From the NCBI GenBank assembly GCA_012295275.1, contig CM022674.1, forward strand, positions 7,068,001 to 7,132,000: a stretch of DNA of 64,000 bases, read 5' to 3'. The notes under the pieces were generated by a model that had not been told where the DNA came from, made no database searches, and saw nothing but the letters and a program-made list of their open reading frames with translations. A program made the position numbers and the translations under genes. Positions 49,101 to 61,490 of the stretch are shown in pieces. This stretch comes from Chrysomallon squamiferum. Lineage: Eukaryota; Animalia; Mollusca. Numbering within the stretch: the first letter of the stretch is position 1; each line of letters begins with the position of its first letter.

Positions 49101-52100
49101 TGAAAATTAAATGAATAAAAATAAAGCACATAATTTTATTTAAAAGATATACATACAATTTAATACATTTCTTAAAACAATAATATGAATTATATAAATA
49201 ATATACTGGATAAAAATTAACTGAAGAAATAATGAATCAAGAAATTTTGTAAGTCATGGAAATTAGTATTTTCTTCTTTTTTCAATTTGATATTTCTTTC
49301 TTCTTTTTTTTCAGTTTGATAACTAATTCAAATAATTAGCATTTCTTCTTTTTTTAAGTTTGATAATTTTTTTATATTTTTTTTTTCTTCCATTTAACAG
49401 GTTTTTTACCTTTGGGATCTCTGCAACATTCTGAGATAACATGGCCGCTTCCACTTGCAGAGAGGGGTCAAAGGTCGGCCGATGTTTCTGTTCCTCCCTG
49501 TGAAGAGTTTCTGAAAACCCCACAGGAAGTTGATCTACAAAGAAAAGCAAATGGTTTAATAAAATATTTAATACATTGTGTACAGTTGTATATGTTTATC
49601 TTGTGTGTGATTTTTCAAGTAGATTTTATGCATGCAGCAGAATATATATGTATGTGTGAAGTGTGATTTTATATAGCTTTATGTGTATTTACCTAAAAGA
49701 TTGTGTAAATTATATGACTTGGTACATATTATGCGTGTGTGTCTGTATGTCTATAAATGTGTCATTATGTGTGTCATATTTAGCTGTTTACATTTTAGTG
49801 TCAGTGTGCAAAAGTTTGTATCAACATGTTTCAAAAGCAATTAAATAATAATGATAATACTTAATTTCTGCTTTAGCAGCAAATAAAACAAAAAAGATAA
49901 AACATCAGCATAAGAACTTTTGCGTCTGTTTTTTCCATTAATGTATATTTTTTTCCATTAACGACAGATTTAGTTTCTTTACCATTAGGAGTGTTCAAGC
50001 ATAACCAGTCCAGGGCATCTATCAGATCACCTCCGTAGAAAACACAGTTAGACATTGCTCCTTCGATCTGTTTGTGTGAAAAGCCTGCACCTGACAAACT
50101 GTTATACATGTCCTGTAAAAATAAAAAAATAATAATGAAATTACAATTTTTATATTGACCATAAAGGTTTTAATCAATGATTTACTAGTAATGTCATATA
50201 AATACCTTTACAAATGGAAATAATTCACTGGGCATAAAGGACAGCTACTTTTAACAATGATATTATTTAATATTGTATTTATAATGAGAATGAACGATTT
50301 TAACAAGTTTTCAACAGTAAATAATTTTTGTTTGTCAAAAAATTTACATTTAACAATGGCATTTTTTAAATAAATGTAAGTAATAAAAAATTAATTTTGT
50401 TTATAGAAGATACCTACAAAGGCATTATTTAATAAAATATCTTAAATAATAAATAATCTGTTTTGTTTGTAAAGGTAGTGCTGAGTGAGAATCCTGTATT
50501 TTTAATATGCCTGGGACTGGAAGAGTTTCGGATTTCAGAATTTTTCAGATTTTGGAGTACAAGGAACTAAATGTAAATATTTATGGGTCATTCCGTGTCA
50601 AATCACCCCAAAAAAAAAAAGAAATTTAAACCCGACCATCTCAGATTTTTATGAAACTTAGTATACTTGTTGACTGGGATCCCACAGCACCAAATCTGAA
50701 ATTTTAGCTCAATCAGACCAGTGGTGTGGGAGATACGGCCCACCGAATTTTGAGATTTTTGCCAAAAATGGGTGTGACCACCAACCTTAGAACCCTCATA
50801 TCTCAGGAACTACTGGGCCGATCTTCATAAAATTGGTATTGTTAGAAAGGCAAAATGACAAGGATACCAAATCTGCCATTTTTGTTTAGTTTGGAAAATA
50901 TTGGAGTACCTTGACCTTTTGACCTTTGCTATGACCTTTGAAATTTTGGATGTGATCTTGAGATGACCTTTATTGAAATTTAATCTCCCACATGTTAACT
51001 AAAACATATAAAAGTTTCCTGGGTGTAATATTTTTTGTTTAGCCACAATATAGATTTAAAAATGCACATACATGAAAATTAACACCTTTTCAGCCATTAA
51101 CATCTGATTTTAAAACCTGAATGATCAATTCTGGATGCTAGGAATCACCATCTCTCTTGATCATGTAAGACATTGTAGGCCTACATGTATGCATAAAGTT
51201 CACATATAAAAGTTTCCTGGGTATAATATTTTTTGTTTAGCCATAATAGAGATTTAAATAAATGCATACCTGCATGGATGATTGATACAATGCATTACAA
51301 TAACATTTTCTCTGAGACTAAAAACTCATCTTTGGAGTTAAAACCCACCTGACATGTCTGAAGGAATGCCTGAAGGATATGAAAAAAAATGGCATGACAA
51401 AAATCAGGCTCAAAGGGTTAACAGGAAGTGATGCTTCAGGCAGGTCAGGAACTCCTTTAGATTCCCTGGTGCAATCCCCATTGAGCACATGGCAATTAGA
51501 AGTTTAAGACAAAGAAGTTTCTTCATCTGCATTTCTTTGACAATCTGAAGCTTTTTAAGTTGGACACAGTGTCAGATGTTGATATATAAACAATATTTTT
51601 ATTTCATAAAACCTATTCAGTAATTTTATCATGTCATGTGGGCCTTGCCATTGGTTTTGAACAAGGTTTCAGTCAACAACAGTACAACCCAGTCTGAAAT
51701 CAGACGTCATCAAGTGATGTACTGCATAATGTATTTGTACACCCAGTCTTCGGCACAGAGTATGAACAAGGTCTACTTCACCTTAATAAACTGTGATTTA
51801 TACTTGAGAAGATTGACATAAATGCCCAAGACTTGTGGGCCTTTGGCAATAACACATGTACTCTGCTGCCATTTTATGACCTGCTTAACTTTACTGAAAG
51901 GGTTTCAGGATTTGATTTGGTATCCTTGTCATTTTGCCTTTCTAACAATACCAATTTTATGAAGATCGGCCCAGTAGTTCCTGAGATATGAGGGTTCTAA
52001 GGTTGGTGGTCACACCCATTTTTGGCAAAAATCTCAAAATTCGGTGGGCCGTATCTCCCACACCACTGGTCTGATTGAGCTAAAATTTCAGATTTGGTGC

Positions 52101-53891
52101 TGTGGGATCCCAGTCAACAAGTATACCAAGTTTCATAAAAATCTGAGACGGTCGGGTTTAAACCATTGGGTGATTTGACACGGAATGACCCTTATATTTC
52201 ATAGATTCTGCAAGATTTTTGTAATAATAATTTTAGTAATTTTGTGCATAAAATGAAATTTGTGTATGCAAAAGAATGTGAATAATTTAACATATCACTG
52301 TTTCTGCTGCCCAGAAAATGTTTTAAATTTCAGTATTTCAGTTAAGGAATCCTCTGCCTGTATTTAATAAATAAATTAATTTTATTTATTAAAGGAGACC
52401 TCATTTAACATTATTCATTTAGTAAATCTTCTAAATAATTTACACTCTGTATAAAGTATATTTTCTTTTAACAATAAAATTATTTGATATATTTTTAAAA
52501 ATAAATAATTCACTTTGTATTAATTAACAGTAATACTGATACAAAATACTGATTTGGTTGATGGCTGTTCTTGACTGTAATATTATTAAATATTTTCTGT
52601 AAGTACTAACTTTTACCCATGATCTTACACAATACTGTAAAATAAATTCTTACTGTCAGTTTTTTTGTTGTTAATCTCTTGGAAATTTCTCCATGTGTTT
52701 GTTGTTGTTGTCTTTCTTTTTGTATCAGAGCAATGATGTCATGTTCCAGTTCATCTGGAATTGAAACCTGAAAAAAATGTTCAATTTTTGTCACAAAGTT
52801 GTTCTACTGTAGCTTTATACGTTATATATAAATATTTCTGTGAGCTGTACATGCCTATAAATTATAATGATATATTAACCAAAAAACAAAAAAACCAAAA
52901 ATAATAATATATATATCTATCTACATATACACACACCACACTCACGACAACAACATGATGTTTGTTTTACTTCCTGGTGAACAAGACGTTGAATGTTCTT
53001 ACTGTAAGTGAGAAGACATAACTTCATTTAATAAATTTTGCTTCTAAATAAGATGACTAGTTCATGAATGCACTGGTAATATTGATTCACAAAAATATAG
53101 AAATCCACACTTACTTTAGGTAAGGCATCAACTGTACTTGACACTGAAGGTGATACATCTTCCTTAGCTAAAGAATATGTTTTCTTTGCTGTAATAGTCA
53201 AAATATATTTTAGGTATAATTAATATTTAATATAATAATATTAAATGTTATTAACTAGTAGTAGTACCAATATCAGTTTAATAACTATAATTATTTATAA
53301 CTTTGAGATAATCCTATTTTATGTTTAAAATAAATTCAATACTTTCAATATTTAACAACATTCACTATGTGAATATTATGTTACTAAAGAGAGATTTTAT
53401 GTTACTAAAACAAATTCAATATGAAACTGAAGACATTTAGGTTCAGTATTATTACATATGACCAAATCTACTTAATGCTTTTGACTGACTATACATTAAA
53501 TATATTCTGGACTAGAAACAGCATTTAGTCTTGCGTTATTAATCATTAATAGTCAATACTCTTTAAATGATTTAATAATAATACTTCATTATAAATATAA
53601 TAATATTGCTCAGTCATAAAAACGGGCCATGGCTTGTTAAAAATACTGACAATTCATTATTTGATGTTTCATTGTATGTAATAATTGATATATTTTCATT
53701 TTAATTATTATCATAACAATCGACAATACTCCTCAGTCATTTTATGAAAGTAAAAATAATTAATGAATCACTGAATGGCAATAAATTATTAATAATTAAA
53801 TTCACTAATTTAGTAATTATATACCTTTTTCATCTTTTTTCGTCTGTTTTTCTGTTGATGTTAAGCTTTTTGCCTGTTTTTTTCTTCCCAT
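33487..53891 (-). CDS. DHX29: ATP-dependent RNA helicase DHX29 (DEAH-box), complete gene, 28 coding exons, about 1365 aa after correcting two +1 indels
   Basis: Motifs [35 protein letters not shown] and QRQGRAGR plus HA2/OB region. N-terminal motifs ([40 protein letters not shown]) match DHX29 as I know it. All introns are GT-AG and phases are consistent except in exons 11 and 13. Confidence 0.95.
33923..34019 (-). CDS. DHX29: DHX29 exon 27 ([23 protein letters not shown])
   Basis: AG/GT boundaries, 97 nt. Confidence 0.9.
34354..34485 (-). CDS. DHX29: DHX29 exon 26 ([24 protein letters not shown])
   Basis: AG/GT boundaries, 132 nt. Confidence 0.93.
34867..35214 (-). CDS. DHX29: DHX29 exon 25 ([26 protein letters not shown])
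   Basis: AG/GT boundaries, 348 nt. Confidence 0.93.
35623..35713 (-). CDS. DHX29: DHX29 exon 24 ([14 protein letters not shown])
   Basis: AG/GT boundaries, 91 nt. Confidence 0.9.
36050..36186 (-). CDS. DHX29: DHX29 exon 23 ([20 protein letters not shown]..)
   Basis: AG/GT boundaries, 137 nt. Confidence 0.93.
36526..36826 (-). CDS. DHX29: DHX29 exon 22 ([26 protein letters not shown]..)
   Basis: AG/GT boundaries, 301 nt. Confidence 0.95.
37321..37449 (-). CDS. DHX29: DHX29 exon 21 (QRQGRAGRV, motif VI)
   Basis: AG/GT boundaries, 129 nt. Confidence 0.95.
37477..37810. repeat. Minisatellite of about 27-30 bp in DHX29 intron 20
   Basis: Repeated TTTAAATTTAAATACAGAAACACAAGG units. Confidence 0.85.
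38051..38224 (-). CDS. DHX29: DHX29 exon 20 ([18 protein letters not shown]..)
   Basis: AG/GT boundaries, 174 nt. Confidence 0.95.
38987..39126 (-). CDS. DHX29: DHX29 exon 19 ([15 protein letters not shown]..)
   Basis: AG/GT boundaries, 140 nt. Confidence 0.93.
39558..39647 (-). CDS. DHX29: DHX29 exon 18 ([17 protein letters not shown])
   Basis: AG/GT boundaries, 90 nt. Confidence 0.88.
40153..40248 (-). CDS. DHX29: DHX29 exon 17 ([15 protein letters not shown])
   Basis: AG/GT boundaries, 96 nt. Confidence 0.82.
40944..41033 (-). CDS. DHX29: DHX29 exon 16 ([13 protein letters not shown]..)
   Basis: AG/GT boundaries, 90 nt. Confidence 0.9.
41943..42119 (-). CDS. DHX29: DHX29 exon 15 (VHERS..MSATL..GRTFPVE)
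   Basis: AG/GT boundaries, 177 nt. Confidence 0.95.
42806..43075 (-). CDS. DHX29: DHX29 exon 14 ([14 protein letters not shown])
   Basis: AG/GT boundaries, 270 nt. Confidence 0.95.
43878..44142 (-). CDS. DHX29: DHX29 exon 13 ([21 protein letters not shown], Walker A), apparent +1 frameshift
   Basis: 265 nt between phase-0 neighbours; GTG TTT CCA ACA should read V-F-Q-H. Confidence 0.88.
44694..44819 (-). CDS. DHX29: DHX29 exon 12 ([18 protein letters not shown])
   Basis: AG/GT boundaries, 126 nt. Confidence 0.88.
45236..45338 (-). CDS. DHX29: DHX29 exon 11 ([17 protein letters not shown]..), apparent +1 frameshift
   Basis: 103 nt between phase-0 neighbours; removing one A from the A5 run restores ..EAKQVENK|PRD. 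Confidence 0.85.
45321..45485. repeat. Tandem triplication (49 and 53 bp periods) of the DHX29 exon 11 acceptor junction
   Basis: CAACAGTGTGTACACAGACTGAAATAAACAAA at 45321, 45370 and 45423. Confidence 0.92.
46200..46312 (-). mobile_element. Degenerate tRNA-derived SINE-like remnant
   Basis: A-box-like TAGTCTGATGG followed by tRNA-like head sequence; B box degenerate. Confidence 0.3.
46317..46443 (-). CDS. DHX29: DHX29 exon 10 ([16 protein letters not shown])
   Basis: AG/GT boundaries, 127 nt. Confidence 0.9.
47302..47470 (-). CDS. DHX29: DHX29 exon 9 ([24 protein letters not shown]..)
   Basis: AG/GT boundaries, 169 nt; a second in-frame AG lies 9 nt inside. Confidence 0.9.
47721..47954 (-). 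CDS. DHX29: DHX29 exon 8 ([21 protein letters not shown])
   Basis: AG/GT boundaries, 234 nt; duplicated donor 36 nt downstream. Confidence 0.85.
48229..48355 (-). CDS. DHX29: DHX29 exon 7 ([15 protein letters not shown]..)
   Basis: AG/GT boundaries, 127 nt. Confidence 0.88.
48696..48806 (-). CDS. DHX29: DHX29 exon 6 ([19 protein letters not shown])
   Basis: AG/GT boundaries, 111 nt. Confidence 0.82.
49410..49534 (-). CDS. DHX29: DHX29 exon 5 ([12 protein letters not shown])
   Basis: AG/GT boundaries, 125 nt. Confidence 0.88.
49983..50112 (-). CDS. DHX29: DHX29 exon 4 (UBA-like, [16 protein letters not shown])
   Basis: AG/GT boundaries, 130 nt. Confidence 0.92.
50476..52362 (+). mobile_element. 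Degenerate pogo/Tigger-like MITE split by the above insertion (halves about 50476-50584 and 52196-52362)
   Basis: Left half ATGCCTGGGACTGGAAGAGTTTCGGATTTCAGAATTTTTCAGATTTTGG and right half AATTTTGTGCATAAAATGAAATTTGTGTA...CCTGTA resemble Tigger4/MER46-type elements as I recall them; not database-checked. Confidence 0.5.
50585..52191. mobile_element. Non-autonomous TIR DNA transposon (possibly Sola2-like), 1607 bp, in DHX29 intron 3
   Basis: Near-perfect TIRs at 50585-50873 and 51914-52191 starting GGGTCATTCCGTGTCAAATCACCC; 4-bp TSD TTAT at 50581-50584 and 52192-52195; no intact transposase ORF. The element is certain, the superfamily is tentative. Confidence 0.9.
52654..52767 (-). CDS. DHX29: DHX29 exon 3 ([16 protein letters not shown])
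   Basis: AG/GT boundaries, 114 nt. Confidence 0.88.
53115..53188 (-). CDS. DHX29: DHX29 exon 2 ([14 protein letters not shown])
   Basis: tacag| ... |gtaagt, 74 nt, phase 1/0. Confidence 0.75.
53825..53891 (-). CDS. DHX29: DHX29 exon 1 (MGRKKQAKS..)
   Basis: ATG at 53891, donor G|gtata, 67 nt. Confidence 0.75.
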
Positions 53892-54390
53892 GATTAATGT
53901 GTAAATATCTTGTCTATTTTGCAAATAAGCTATATATTTATCTCATTTTATGGTTCACAGGAATCCACAATCTTTTTCATGGGCGCAGACATCTTGCCTT
54001 ATTCTGTATGTGTAATTTCCACCGTTTTTATATTGCTTGAAGTAGGAAATATTTATGATCACTTTAATATAAGATAATATCCAAAGTGCTAATTATAGAA
54101 TAGATTTTACTGCTTCTGATCACGTTTTATACAAGAATTTGCAGTCGCAGTACAAAATAACAATGTTGTTAACTTAGGGTAAAGTATGGCTGGAGACCCA
54201 CATAATTGCTTCGCTTCTGATTGGATGTCAGTCTATGAATATGATAAGATGAATCATATGATTCTGATGAAGAGAAATGTCAAATGTTTAACAGAACCAG
54301 CGGAGACAAGAAACCAGGAAATATTTGGACCTGGAATCGATATTATTTCAGGAACAATGATCTGAATTCACAGAAGTAGCTCTGAAACTC
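53892..54390. promoter_or_regulatory. DHX29 promoter/5'UTR region; candidate bidirectional promoter shared with unc-104
   Basis: Immediately upstream of the DHX29 ATG; complex sequence with several CpGs, inverted CCAAT (ATTGG 54220-54224) and a + strand donor-like C|GTATGT after 54390. Confidence 0.45.
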
Positions 54391-56682
54391 GTATGTTGTT
54401 TAAAATCATTTTATATATACTTCATTTGTAAGATAAGACGTCAAAATCTTAATACAGTTCCTTCGTAATATTTTCGCAGTGCTTTATTATAAATGTCAGC
54501 GAATGTTTTAGTGGTTGTTTATAATAACAACTTATGTTCTTAATATATTATTTTAATTCTAAGACTGTCAAGGTATTGGAAGAAGAAAAAATTAAAAGAT
54601 TTAGTTTTACTAGAAATAATTTATACAAAAATTATAATAATTTATAATGGTATATTGATAAATATATAAATAATAATTATAACAATTGTTAATATTGATA
54701 GTTTAGTGTTATTATTCCTCTGATATTTAGATTTTTATTGTGTCAGTTCAGCTGTATTGTTAAATACATTTGAAGAAAATTGCACTATGTAAACATCAGT
54801 TTTATTATTTGTATTTGATTTGAAGTAAGTTTAATTTTTTTTTTTTTTTTTAAGAAATAGGAAATCATTGACACTAGTTTTTCTGTTTTAATTTTTTAAT
54901 CTCTTCTCTCATTCTTCTGTCTCTGCCTTTAAGTGTTTCCATTTCTCTCTCTCTCCCTCCCTCCCTCCCTCCCTCTTGTATATACAGACACTTTCCCAAA
55001 ATCCTGATTGTTTTTCATTGGATATGGCCTTAGAACATTGGATACCTGTTGGCATATTTTAAAATTATTATTCCACTGCTAAAGCAGACAGTTACGCAGA
55101 TTTGAATTTATTTTCTCCAAAATAAATAATCATATTGTTGTACAGCAGCATATTAAAGATGTCATCACCCATGTCCAGCACTGCACAATACACAGAAGAG
55201 CCTGCAAACAGCAGTTGCCAAATACTTGCTCACCAAAATGTGCAAGTTCAACCCACTTGGTTCATAATTTTTGATAATTCATTCATTCAATACCATTCCA
55301 TGCTTATAAACACCATGTCTTAGCAGACTTATTTTGCTGAGCTCCATAGTTGTCCATGCAACACATGTCCACTGTACACATTTAGTTATATATTTGCAGA
55401 TGACATTTCTTAAAATAATTTTTATATTATTAATATAAATTGCTAATAGCTAAAATGGATGGCCTTATAGTTGGAAAATAGATTTATATTTCCTGTATGC
55501 AAGCTTTAATGTAAATATATGTGTATGTGTATACATGAACTTGTACACACATGCATGCACACATATACACACACACATATACACACACACACATGTTCAT
55601 ACACACATAGACATTCACACAAACACACTTACAAACACAAATACATATATGAAACAAACAAGCAAATATGTAAATTCACAGACAAACAGAATTACAGACA
55701 TACACAAGGACACACATTTGTAAAAGAACAGGATTAATATTCTGGACGCTGAACCTCTTTCAGCCTAAATAAAATGATGACAGACATATATAGTCATACA
55801 CCAGTAGATATATACACATACACACACATTCATACATATATACATAGATACGCCAACAAACATACATTCATTATAGAGACATGTATCAATAGATATAGAT
55901 ATAGTCACTGTTTTACATAGATACATATTCAGTCATATACAAATAGATATACAGACATATACCAGTAGATATAAATTAATTTGACTGAGTTTAATCTTTG
56001 ATTCACATTTATTTAAAAAAGAGGTAAATGATGAACATGGCTCTCAACTCAACAACACCAATGAAGAATTATGTTTAATATAAATTAGCTTAGTAGCCCT
56101 GGTTATAGATAATTAAGTGCCATTTTTGAGGTTTTTTATTTGAAGTGTAGATGATAAATATAAATATATTTTACACGGTTAAATTGAATTATTGGAAAAT
56201 CTATTATCTATTCAGACTGGCATTTGTCTTGCACACCCACACACCCACACACTTAAATGTATAACTATATACATGAGTGCACATGACCTTACCTACACAG
56301 TCATTCAATAAGCACAAAGAATTTCCCATTCTGGATTGATCATTTAGGTGTCTGACTGTTTGTTCCTAGGAGATGTTTCTGGTTGTAGAAATTATCAATA
56401 CCAGACAAAAAGATAAAAATTAATTTAAAGTTGTGCACAGTAACTTGCAGGGGTCAGTACGGTAACACACATAGCAACCTTTTAGAAAATTTCTTCAAAT
56501 TAAAAATAATTATAAAATTTAAATAAAAGGTTAAATACAAACTAGTTTCAGCTTAATTTTTAATTAATATTCATATTAGTACTTCCTGTATAGGCAGATG
56601 ATTAAATTTTATTGATTTTTATGTAAAATTAATGTAGTTCAGTTAGATTCTAAATAAAATATTAATATACATGTACATATTA

Positions 56683-56720
<38 letters not shown>

Positions 56721-56980
56721 TAAAGAAGGAAAGAATAAAAGGAAACACACACACACACACACATACACATATATCAAATGTATTTCTGTCTTCAGCACAG
56801 TAAACTATGATGTATTCAGAGTGAAAACAAAAACACTGTTTATTGATTACACAGTATTTCTAGTGCACTGACAAAACCTTTTACTGTTTATACTGAGTTA
56901 CCTATATACATATATAATTATTCTGTACATAATCAATACATATCCATAACTTCACATGCATATTCACAACAACAACAACA

Positions 56981-57014
<34 letters not shown>

Positions 57015-58131
57015 GTAATAATAATAACAGTAATAATAATAAAAAATAAATAAATAAATAAAAATAAATAAATAAAAAACAAAATTTCCCATTTAAGGTC
57101 AAGAAGGAACTTATGACCTTGAGATGTTTATGATAATAATTCTGTCCTTTTTTGGAAAAAATTATGCAACCACATTTTTTAAAAATACAAAACAAACAAA
57201 GCCGACATTTAGATATTTTTTGTATTTTTGTAGAATAGTTTTAATGATAGTAATTTGAGACGGATGCAGTCAAAGACAGGGTTGTTTTTGAGGAATGTCT
57301 GAAAGAGCAAAGGATGTATTTTAGTATCTTCCAGAATGACCCAGAAATGAACTAATCACATTTGCCGAGACTCTTCCATCATGCAATCAGAATAAAATAT
57401 ACAGAAGGTGACGGAATGCAGATCAATATTCTCAGTTCTCTGGGGTTTTCAGACAAATCACCATTGGTTCTTTCCCAGCACTTGATTATTCATGCTAATA
57501 AATTAATGTAGTCACATTTATTCTTTGGCTTGCTCAGAGAAGTATAGATTTTTACCTTCATGGTGCCAAGCTATTGGAGGTCTTGGTGAGGATAACAGAA
57601 CAATAATTTCTGGTGAGATGGTTGAATAGGGAAATGTACTGCGTTTGCTGACTGTGACGTTTTGTTTATATATATTTTGGTGTTATTTTTTTTTAAAAAT
57701 ACCTGCCACACAAACAGGGTATGTTTGTTTAATGAAAAATGAGTTTGTTACTGAATATTTTATTTATTTTTGTTTATTATTAGTGTTTTTTATTTTATTA
57801 TTACTGTTATTGTTGTCGTTATGATCATAAAGATTATTATTATTATTATCATTTTTGATTTTTAAAAAATGTTATTACATTTTTATTGTTATGCTATTTT
57901 TTTATTGTTGTTTTTATTGTTGTATGCTGTTTTGAAAATAATTTAATGTTAATGTATTTGCATGAAAACAAAAATTATTATTATTGATATAAAAAATCAG
58001 AATGGAGTTTTTAAATATTTTAAATCAAATTATACAAATATATATTCTTGTTTATACAAACAGAAAAATTTAATTCTAAAGTTCATTCAATAGTCTTGAA
58101 ATGTTTTTAAAAAATAACAAAAACAATTCAA

Positions 58132-58163
<32 letters not shown>

Positions 58164-59620
58164 AATTTTAAAACACAAATATAAAAAACATGAAATTAAA
58201 AAAAATTAGAAATCAAATTATACAAATATATATTCACATACAAACAGACAAGTTTAACTCTAAAACTGCTCACTAATGAAATGGTTTTGATTTTTTATAA
58301 ACACATTCACAAAACACAAACACAAACATAAACATACATAAATACACACACATATATATACATATATCTACATACATAGATATATACTTACATACATACA
58401 TACACATATATATATATATACATACACAGATATATACATCCTACATGCCCATATATACATATTTATAAATATATACACATATACACACATACATACGTAC
58501 GTACATACATACATATATACACACCTAAACATAAACATATATATATAAATACATATACAGACATATATAGAGTCACAGGCACCTTGCACTTACATATATA
58601 TACATCTATATCTTCCACACATCAGATGTTCACACCCACACAAACTCTACTCACACACGTACTTCAGTCTCACTAAGTGTTTAAATAAACAATAAACCCA
58701 AATCTGTCACATTACCACACTCAGTTACATTCCTTTTGTTCCGAAATCACATTTCTTGTGTTTATAATCAGATGTTATATAATAATCATAACACTGCAGC
58801 CCCAACAGGGCCTCAGATCAATAGTTCCTCTTGGTTGGCATGGCATCCCCGCATGACGTTACTCATTATCAATAATTATTCCTGTTCTTCGCCATAACAG
58901 AACTTCATCAAGCATCCAGCTATCTCCTACCAAAACTTAAACTTAACTCAACAAAACCACACGATGGAAGTCATATAGAAAGAAATCTGAATTTGAAGGG
59001 ACTTCATTTTTTAATTTATTTTTATTGATTTCTTCATTTTCTCAGCGACGTTTTTCTGATTTGGCGATTTGTGACTTGTTTTAATTCACAGGATTCCTGA
59101 GGTTCTGCGATCTCCCAACAACAGCTGTGACTAACGAGTGTTAATTAACCTCACGATTTGCTGTCAATTACCTTGTGAAATCTCTTGTTTAAAAAAGGTA
59201 AGGTTATTTTTCAGGTGTTGGTTCTAACATATTGGTCTTTACTAATCTGTCGTGGTTGTTTATGCTAATTAAATAACAAAATATGTTGATGATAGGAAAA
59301 TGATCAAAGATGATATTTTATAATTTTTACTTTATGTAAACACATAAAGTTGTATGATGACTTTAATACAATCATCTTTGATATTATTTCTGTCTCTGGA
59401 GTCTGATTTATTTTTAATATGTCTGTGTCTGATGTACAAGGTCAATAACCTATGATCTATTTGTACTTATATCTGGATATATATCTATCTTTATATAGAT
59501 AGATAGATAGATACAGATCTTTAGATAGATATTTATATACAGAGATATAGATATAGATATATAGATAGACATGTATATTCCTTGGTATGTTAAGTCAAAG
59601 ATGTGTGTGGTTTTGGATGT

Positions 59621-59652
<32 letters not shown>

Positions 59653-59946
59653 ATTTTAATTTTTACAATTTTATTATTACTACTACTATTAATACTAAAA
59701 AAACAGTTCTAAGTTATATCAAGATCAAGTGAAAAACATGTTTTGTTCCTTTAATCTTATAACTAGATATCTTTTTTACATCTTTTGCTACATACAAACC
59801 AACATATTTTAATAAAACAGTCTAAATGTATTTTTTCATACAGCTCAGTGTACTGCTTGGGATTTTTCCCAATCTAACAAATATCCTTACATAAAGTATA
59901 TGATTATTTGAAATGCATATAGAATGATAAAGATTAAATTGGAAGA

Positions 59947-60000
59947 TTCCAGTTACTGGGTTTGAACCTGTATCCATCAGTTCTAAATCCAATCACATAA
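59947..60000 (-). mobile_element. tRNA-like (SINE) fragment
   Basis: Minus strand AGGTTCAAACCCAG B-box-like segment; no complete cloverleaf. Confidence 0.28.
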
Positions 60001-61289
60001 TTTTGTTGTTAGATAAGCATCCATTGGTTTAATAAAAAATCTGGTAGTCTCACACTTAATAATTGTCTTTATTGTGCTAGGTTTTAAAAAATTATATATT
60101 TATGATTTTATCATCATTATCATCATTATTATAAACAAATATGATCATCATCATTATTATCATCATCAACATTATTATTATCATCACCATTATCTTTATT
60201 ATTAGTATTATTATTGTCAATAAAATAAAGTCATTTAATAAAAACACACTGATGTTCTAATGTTAAATCTGGTCTAATTTGTTTTGAAGAAGGTTTTTCT
60301 TTTCTTTTTTAAAAACAATAAACAAAATAGAAAAAAAAAAGACCTGCAAAAAACAAAATGACTAATCATTATTTAGGTAGACCATTACCACAATAATTAA
60401 AATAAACAATAAAAATTTAAAAAACAACAACAACAATACAGTCTAGTAATAGTTTATATTATTTTATTTTCATTTATTTATTTATCTTATTTTTTAATGG
60501 ATAACACAAACAATTGGTGGACATCATAATCAAAAATTTTGTAAAACTTTTTTTTTCATTATTTTATTCATATCACAAAATCCATGTAAAAGAAAATTAT
60601 ATTTATTTAAGATATAAGTAATGTATTTTAAAACATAAATTTACAATAAAGAAAACAACTGAATATCTGAATTTAACACTGGAAAGCTACAAGAACATTT
60701 TATCATTTTTTCCTGCCCACGAGAAGATCAATTAAAAAAATTTCTTGCTGCTAATCAATAATAAAAAAAATAGCCCTTGATGTGGCTGAAATGAGTATTA
60801 CTTCTCATATAATCACTGTACAAACAAAAATAAACATTTTATATTAAAAGCTGTTATAGTATAATTAAACAGACATTCATCAAAAATAAAAAATTTGTCT
60901 GACAACTAAAAATTATTGATTCTTCTTGTAGGCTATCATTATGGGATTAACAAAATATTAATAGAAAGGAAATATCTGGGGAAACAACAATAAAAATATT
61001 TTTGATAACATACTGTGTAATAATTCATTCCTTTTATATTAATTTTATTATATTTACATTACATTATCTTGCTTTATTATTACATTGCTATGTTATGTTT
61101 AAATTAAATTTTGCACTAATATTATCTTGCATTACATAGCATTTCATGTTTATTTGTGGCTTTTTGTTAAATTTACATTTACTTTGCATTTATATTAAAT
61201 TTCTTTACATTTATAGTACATTAAATTACATTTCTTTTATATTAACATTGATACTGACATTTATTGTATTTATTAAAAATGACATTTTG

Positions 61290-61490
61290 ATTTATGTTCC
61301 ATTTACATTATCATTGGCATTAACATTTACATTTAGTTTACATTAAAAATGACATTAACATTTACATTTATTTTACATTAAAACAGACATTAACATTTAC
61401 ATTTAATTTACATTAAAACAGACATTAACATTTACATTTAATTTACATTATAATTGGCATTAATATTTGCATTTTTCTTTACATTAGGGA
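61290..61490. repeat. AT-rich minisatellite of about 35 bp upstream of the kinesin acceptor
   Basis: Repeated GACATTAACATTTACATTTAxTTTACATTAAAA. Confidence 0.75.

Noticed and set aside
51300-51900. Transposase or captured gene inside the TIR element (including ORF 51636-51821)
   Set aside because: Only short interrupted frames; no DDE/DDD or other motif recognisable by eye
33487-53891. Calling DHX29 a pseudogene
   Set aside because: All 28 exons, splice sites and helicase motifs are intact; the two lesions are single-base insertions in short homopolymers, typical of sequencing error
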